Source: Antedon mediterranea
Taxonomy: Eukaryota > Animalia > Echinodermata
Length of the DNA stretch: 64,000 bases
NCBI RefSeq assembly: GCF_964355755.1
Contig: NC_092672.1
Span: forward strand, 992,001 to 1,056,000
Direction of reading: 5' to 3'
Shown here: positions 58,401-64,000 of the stretch, one piece after another
Layout: each line of letters begins with the position of its first letter
Position numbering within the stretch: position 1 is the stretch's first letter
Notes under the pieces: generated by a model
Seen by the model: only the letters and a program-made list of their open reading frames with translations
The model's database searches: none
What the model was told of the DNA's origin: nothing
Program-made: the position numbers and the translations under genes

Positions 58401-61400
58401 ACATTGCTAAATACAGCAAGTATAGCAAGTACTACAATCTAACATTGACTTGTCATATTTGTAGGCTTGACAATTTAATATTCCACCCAACCAAACCTGA
58501 GGTTCTGGCTGTACTGGACTGGGAGCTGTCCACTCTAGGTGACCCCATATCAGATCTTGCGTACAGCTGTTTGCCATACTATTTGAAACCGGAATTCCCA
58601 CTTTTGAAAGGTAAATTTTTAACTAATTGTTTTAGCAATTGATTTGGAGTATTTCAGTACTAATAATGCAAGTTAAAAATAATGACAAATTAAAATGCAC
58701 ATGGAATGCCTTGCATGATGTCACCAACAAAACAAGACATATGTTTCAAAGTAAATTTCCCATTTTCTATCCAGGGTCTGGATGAATGAGTTTGTAAATA
58801 TTGAAGTTCTTTCTAATGTGAACACACATTGAAAGAATGCTACCAAGTTCTAATAATGTGAACACACATTGAAAGAATGCTACCAAGTTCTAATTAATGT
58901 GAACACACATTGAAAGAATGCTACCAAGTTATAATAATGTGAACACACATTAAACAAATGTTACTAATGATAACTTTTATGCATATATGTAAAAAAATGT
59001 CTACAAAATCTTTTAAAAAACAAACAAAATTATTTTCAAATACAATTTCTCATTTTCTATCCAGGGTTTGCTGGTAAAGATTTGTCTGGCAGTGGTATAC
59101 CAGCTTCTAGTGATTACATAGAGCAATACTGCAAGGCTAGAGGGATACCACATGTGCAGGATATGTCAGTGTATATGGCTTTCTCTTTCTTTAGAGTGGC
59201 GGCCATTTTACAAGGGGTTTATAAACGATCTATGCAAGGTAAATGATCTCATATCAATTAATATAATTCAGTACATTAATTATGATAATCTAAATATATA
59301 ATATATGCTAAAAAATTACAGCCAGTTGTAACTAGTTTTGTTGACAAAAATAAAGTACCTACGCCCTGCTCTTAAACAATAATAAGTAAAAGATACATAC
59401 GGTAATCAACAGGCATTTGAAAGCAGTATATCCACAGAACAATAATAAATCCATAAGAAAGCAATAAGCATCCACGGTAGGTAAAGTAATAAATCCACAG
59501 AAAAATAATAAATCCACAAGAGTTAGAGGAAAGCAATATGCATCCACAGGTAAATAGAATATCCAAATGCCCAGTAAGTAAAGCGCAAGTGCAATACATA
59601 CATGTACAGTATATCTAGGCAAGTAAAGTACAACATATCAACAAAGTAAAATATATAACCACAGTAAGTATCATACATCCATATGTAAATAAAGTAAATA
59701 TCCACATGTAAGTAGGCCCTACATTCTAACCACAGTAAGTTAAGTATAATGCATCCATACAGTAGGTAAGTACAGTACAGTATATCCACATTATAATCAC
59801 AATTAAGAAAATTACAACATCCACATGTACAGTAAGTAATCCATGAATAAGTAAAATAGCCTGTCTTCACTGACTGCTGAACTGCTACTAAGCAGAACAA
59901 AAGAAACTAACTGCACAGTGTAACAAACACCATCTGCATTCAAATAACATGCAAATGAGCTCATTTGAATAAAAGATAAAGTACACAACAATACAAACTT
60001 ATTCTAAGCTACTTCATGGTAGAATTTAAATCTAAAGTTACATAAAAATGTTTTTGTTTATATTTTTGCAATAAGTAATAATGGTTAAACTAGACCAAAA
60101 ATTAATATATTTTTAAACCTCATATTGACATTTTTTTTTTATATTCAACAATAAAGTAAACTACAACAAAACATACTAACTATTAGTAATTCTGTATCAT
60201 TACATTTTTTAAATCCCATAAAATTGTCATTATGCAAATTTATTAACAATACAATAAAAGACAAATTCAATAACAATGGTAATAAGTATGATAAAACTAA
60301 AATATAACAACCATACACATTTAAAATATATTATTTGTCATCTTGTTCAGGTCAAGCCAGTTCAGACTCTGCTAAATCTGTTGGTATGCTAGCAGAGCAC
60401 ATGGCTAGCATCGGATGGTCATTTGCTGAGAAGGGCAATAAGTCCACTGGAACCACTGGGTCACCTCCCAAACCACTTGGAGCCAGCCGTTCTTATTCAA
60501 CCTTCTTCCAGCCTAGAAGATCATTTAGTACACACACTGAATCAAATCCTGGTAATTATTATTAAATATTAATAATTATTATTTAAACAGCATAGTCTAT
60601 ACTATTATTTTATGTAATAATAATAATAATAATAATAATTTATTAGGAAATGACACCTTTGCATCGGTGGCACACACAGAAGTGGTGCATCCAATTTAAC
60701 ATAATACATCAAAACAATACATTATATGACGGATACAGGTTCTTAAACTATTTGCAAAAATATAAAAGAAAAATCATTACCAACATGGTAATATAGGTAC
60801 TGTATTAAATTGTCCTACAGTATCATAGGTTTGAGTTGATAAAGAGGTATATCAAAATAAACATAAAATATAGTAAAGAGTTTACATTACAAACCATTGT
60901 GTTTCAACATCAGGTACTGAGGACCTATAGTTGTTATCACAGGTGTATACTATTTACAAATCTAAATACAAATATATAAAAGCAACAATACAAAAGAAAA
61001 ACAATCTATATATTGGGAGATTTAAGTTCTGACCGTTTCTCCCATGCAGCTCTTGTGTATTGTTTACAAAACAAATCAAAAAAGGTCTCAGATTCTTTAC
61101 AAAATGTGTTTTAATTATATTTTTCGCTTTTAGGTATTTTGCCTGTCTCAATTGATGGCTTACCAAAGAATGTTCAGAACTTGCACAAGAAGGTGAAAGA
61201 ATTCATTGACCTCAACATCCTGCCAATTGAACAAGAGCTGATTGCTCACCAGATGTCGGATCAACGTTGGACTCCGCACCCTCTGATAGAGCAACTAAAG
61301 GTTTGTTGATTGCTTGTTGATTTTGTTAGTATATATAATAAAAAGTAAACTAATTTATAGCATTTATAATATACATTTGGTATATAAATATTTCTTGTGT

Positions 61401-63992
61401 TTGTCCTTTGAACAGATTGTCACCTCTCTATAGGACAGTGATTTCATTTTGGCGATCCTTGGCTGTGTGCCAAAGAATTAATGAATATACATATATTGTA
61501 TCACCTTGTTTAAATTGTTCGTAAATGATTAAATTATATAATGTAAGTGGCCCAGTGCCTATATATAGAGGGCGCTAGAAAAATCACATTTAAAACGAGA
61601 TTAGTTTGAAAGTTGTACAGTACAAGTTGTCTATTATTTTTTCAAACTTGTTTTATAGGATAAAGCTAAAAATGAAGACCTATGGAACCTATTTCTACCA
61701 ATCGAGACAGATCCTAATGTAGAGTATGGTGTTGGGCTAACTAATGTACAATATGCATTCCTATGTGAGCAGATGGGCAAGTCTGTGTTTGCCTCAGAGG
61801 TGGATAAATTAGTTTTTAAATACATTTAAATCCTACAAAAATATATAATAGGCAATGGAGATACACACCTAAAAGGTGACAGTGGCTTAGGCTGCTGATT
61901 TTATATTTTCTCCTTGCGTCATCTTTGTTTAATTTGTTGATTTGTATTATATTGTGTAAAATGTATCTTTTTCCTGAATAAATAATACTGTAATAATTTA
62001 AATAAAAATGAATGATATGAACATGGTGAAATCATTAATTTACAATACTCTATAAAATACAGTTAAAACTTATACTATAATAATAATCTACATTATAACA
62101 TAATAATTTATGTTAAAAAAGTAATTTAATCTTTCTTAGGTGTTCAACTGTTCAGCTCCAGACACAGGTAACATGGAGGTACTGGTGAAATATGGAACAC
62201 CGGAACAAAAAGATAAATGGCTTACACCACTCCTAGAGGGCAGTATACGATCATGCTTCGCAATGACAGAACCTAAGGTTTGCTTTGAATAAAATTATTA
62301 CTTTATATATATCTATTATTTGAAGTGACAAATAGTTTAAAATAAATAGTAAATCTGTCCTCTCACTACAAAAGTGACTACTTGGTTCTTTCTAGGTGGC
62401 ATCGTCAGACGCAACTAACATTGAAGCCGAGATAAAATCAGATGGTAGTGAGTACGTCCTCAACGGTCATAAATGGTGGACGTCCGGTGCAATGGACCCC
62501 AGGTGTAAAATATGCATATTCATGGGCAAGACAGACAAATCAGCCAGTAAACACCAACAGCAATCAATGATCCTCGTTCCAATGGACACCCCAGGTGTAC
62601 AAGTTGTCCGACCTCTGACTGTGTTTGGCTTTGAGGATGCACCGTCAGGTCATGGTGAGGTCATCTTTGAAGATGTCAGAGTTCCGACTGAGAATTTGCT
62701 TCTTGGACCCGGTAGAGGTTTTGAGATTGCTCAGGTATGTTGGAATATAAGTAGCTTTGTTAAAATAAAATGTTAATAATTGCTGTATGTATAAGTATGA
62801 TAATGAATTGTAATAAATATAGGGCTAGTAAGAGTAACATATTTTTCCTACAATTTCACATCACTAATAAAACAAGAACTATTATGAATATCATCATTTG
62901 TTGATGTTTTCATGAATGCCATTTTAGGGCCGGTTAGGACCAGGTCGTATACATCACTGTATGAGATTGATTGGCAGTGCTGAAAGGGCGCTAGCATTAA
63001 TGGTTGACCGTGTAAGTACTTAACATAATATTAATTACAGTAGGTTCTAAAAAATATGGATACTAACTTACCTAATACAGTACCAAATTCTACGCTATAA
63101 GTTACTTTTCTAACCATAAATAATGCTTATTTTTCATTTAAAGGTACATAATAGAGTTGCTTTTGGTAAGCCATTAGCTACACAAGGCACAATACAGGCT
63201 GACATTGCTGAGTCCAGAATGGAGATAGAACAAGCAAGGTTGCTAACATTGAAGGCTGCTAATATGATGGACACTGTTGGCAATAAAGTAAGTTAGACAC
63301 AATCATAGTTAAAGAAATATAATAGCCGTAGTTAGACTCTTAGTAACAAGCAATAAAATTATACTAAAAAAACAGAATGCATATAATGAAATATTACTTA
63401 TGGACCATGTGACCACTGACGAGATTCATGGAAATATGCAATGTCTACGAAAAACGAAAGTTAGAAGGTGATGAGATCATAAAATCGTAATAGCATATTT
63501 TAGTAAGACCCAATCATAACACTGAACATAGTAAATACATTACATTTTATTTTGTTAATCTTTATAAATTCTATTTATTTTAATTTAATTTTAATTGTTG
63601 CGTGTTTATCTTGTCATTGTATTTTTGTGTTGGTTCCTAATGATCAGCTTTGGCTGGATGCACCACCCTCATAAAATATTGTTGAAATAAATAAACAAAT
63701 TATTAAGTTAGACCCTATCATAGGAGCCATATAATTAAATGTTTTCTATACTGTTATTTTCCAGGCTGCATCAGCTGAAATTGCAATGATCAAAGTGATC
63801 GCACCCAACATGGCTCAGCGCGTCATAGACCGTGCAATGCAGGCATTTGGCGCTGCTGGGCTAAGCTCAGACTTCCCACTAGCCCAACTGTACACCTGGG
63901 CTAGGGTGCTGAGGCTAGCAGATGGACCAGATGAAGTACATCGTAGAGCTATAGCTAAAATAGAAAGCATGAAACATGTTGATAACCGATAA
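52487..63992 (+). CDS. ACAD10: Acyl-CoA dehydrogenase family member 10 (HAD hydrolase, APH-like kinase, ACAD); 17 coding exons
   Basis: Exons 52487-52697, 53416-53564, 53908-54096, 55093-55251, 55617-55987, 56381-56562, 56722-56872, 58465-58610, 59065-59238, 60351-60551, 61134-61300, 61659-61799, 62140-62277, 62396-62734, 62928-63011, 63144-63287, 63765-63992. Motifs: mitochondrial presequence, [96 protein letters not shown]. Confidence 0.97.
52797..52946. mobile_element. MITE family 2 copy
   Basis: Ends TACACTATCAAACTTTA and GTTTGGTAGTGTAGACAGAGCTTTA. Confidence 0.8.
52971..53260. repeat. 29-bp GC-rich minisatellite (GGGCAGCCCAGGTATCCACCCCTGAGGGA), about 10 copies
   Basis: Directly visible; explains the ORFs at 52919-53378. 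Confidence 0.95.
54160..54874. mobile_element. Tc1/pogo-like MITE remnant with an internal ~73-bp tandem array
   Basis: Starts TA-CAGTGGAAACCTCTATTAAGG and ends GGAGTTCTACTG. Unit CCTCTATTAAGGGGACACTGATATACTGTACAGGAGACACCTCTATCAAGGGAACACCCACATTCAGGGGACC is repeated about 6 times. Confidence 0.65.
56922..57070. repeat. ~150-bp imperfect palindrome at the start of a ~950-bp intronic insertion (probable non-autonomous element to ~57855)
   Basis: Outer arms GGTTAAATATAAGATTTGACATCCCC and GGGGATGTCAAATCTTATATTTAACC, with nested arms GGGAATGATATTAAGTTC and GGAATATATATTTCCC. Confidence 0.8.
57945..58232 (-). mobile_element. SINE-like retroposon (family of 42025-42277)
   Basis: Same blocks as 42025; B-box-like GGTTTGAATCT on the minus strand. 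Confidence 0.7.
58815..58952. repeat. ~40-bp tandem repeat x3.5 (AATGTGAACACACATTGAAAGAATGCTACCAAGTTCTAAT)
   Basis: Directly visible. Confidence 0.9.
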
Positions 63993-64000
63993 TACAAATG

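Overview
AT-rich, intron-rich animal genomic DNA. An invertebrate deuterostome, possibly an echinoderm, is my inference from gene content and repeat types. Spliced genes rebuilt by hand from the ORF track and splice signals: (1) a 4-exon clan-2 cytochrome P450 (+, 5' end just outside the window); (2) a divergent 14-3-3 locus made of a partial copy that runs into a minisatellite and a near-complete copy whose phosphopeptide groove is charge-reversed (K49E, R60E, G169E, V176E in zeta numbering); (3) CHFR (-, 16 coding exons), head-to-head with (4) an uncharacterised 9-exon WD40 gene (+); (5) three tandem minus-strand paralogues encoding a TM-TSP1-EGF-like-TSP1-TM protein, one intact and two frameshifted, with a shared GATA/NF-kB-like promoter module; (6) complete ACAD10 (+, 17 coding exons). 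Introns and spacers carry many MITEs, SINE/LINE fragments, minisatellites and several perfect hairpins. The strongest novelty candidates are the charge-reversed 14-3-3 and the two-TM TSP1 family. No database searches were run, and coordinates were counted by eye, so they may be off by a few bases.
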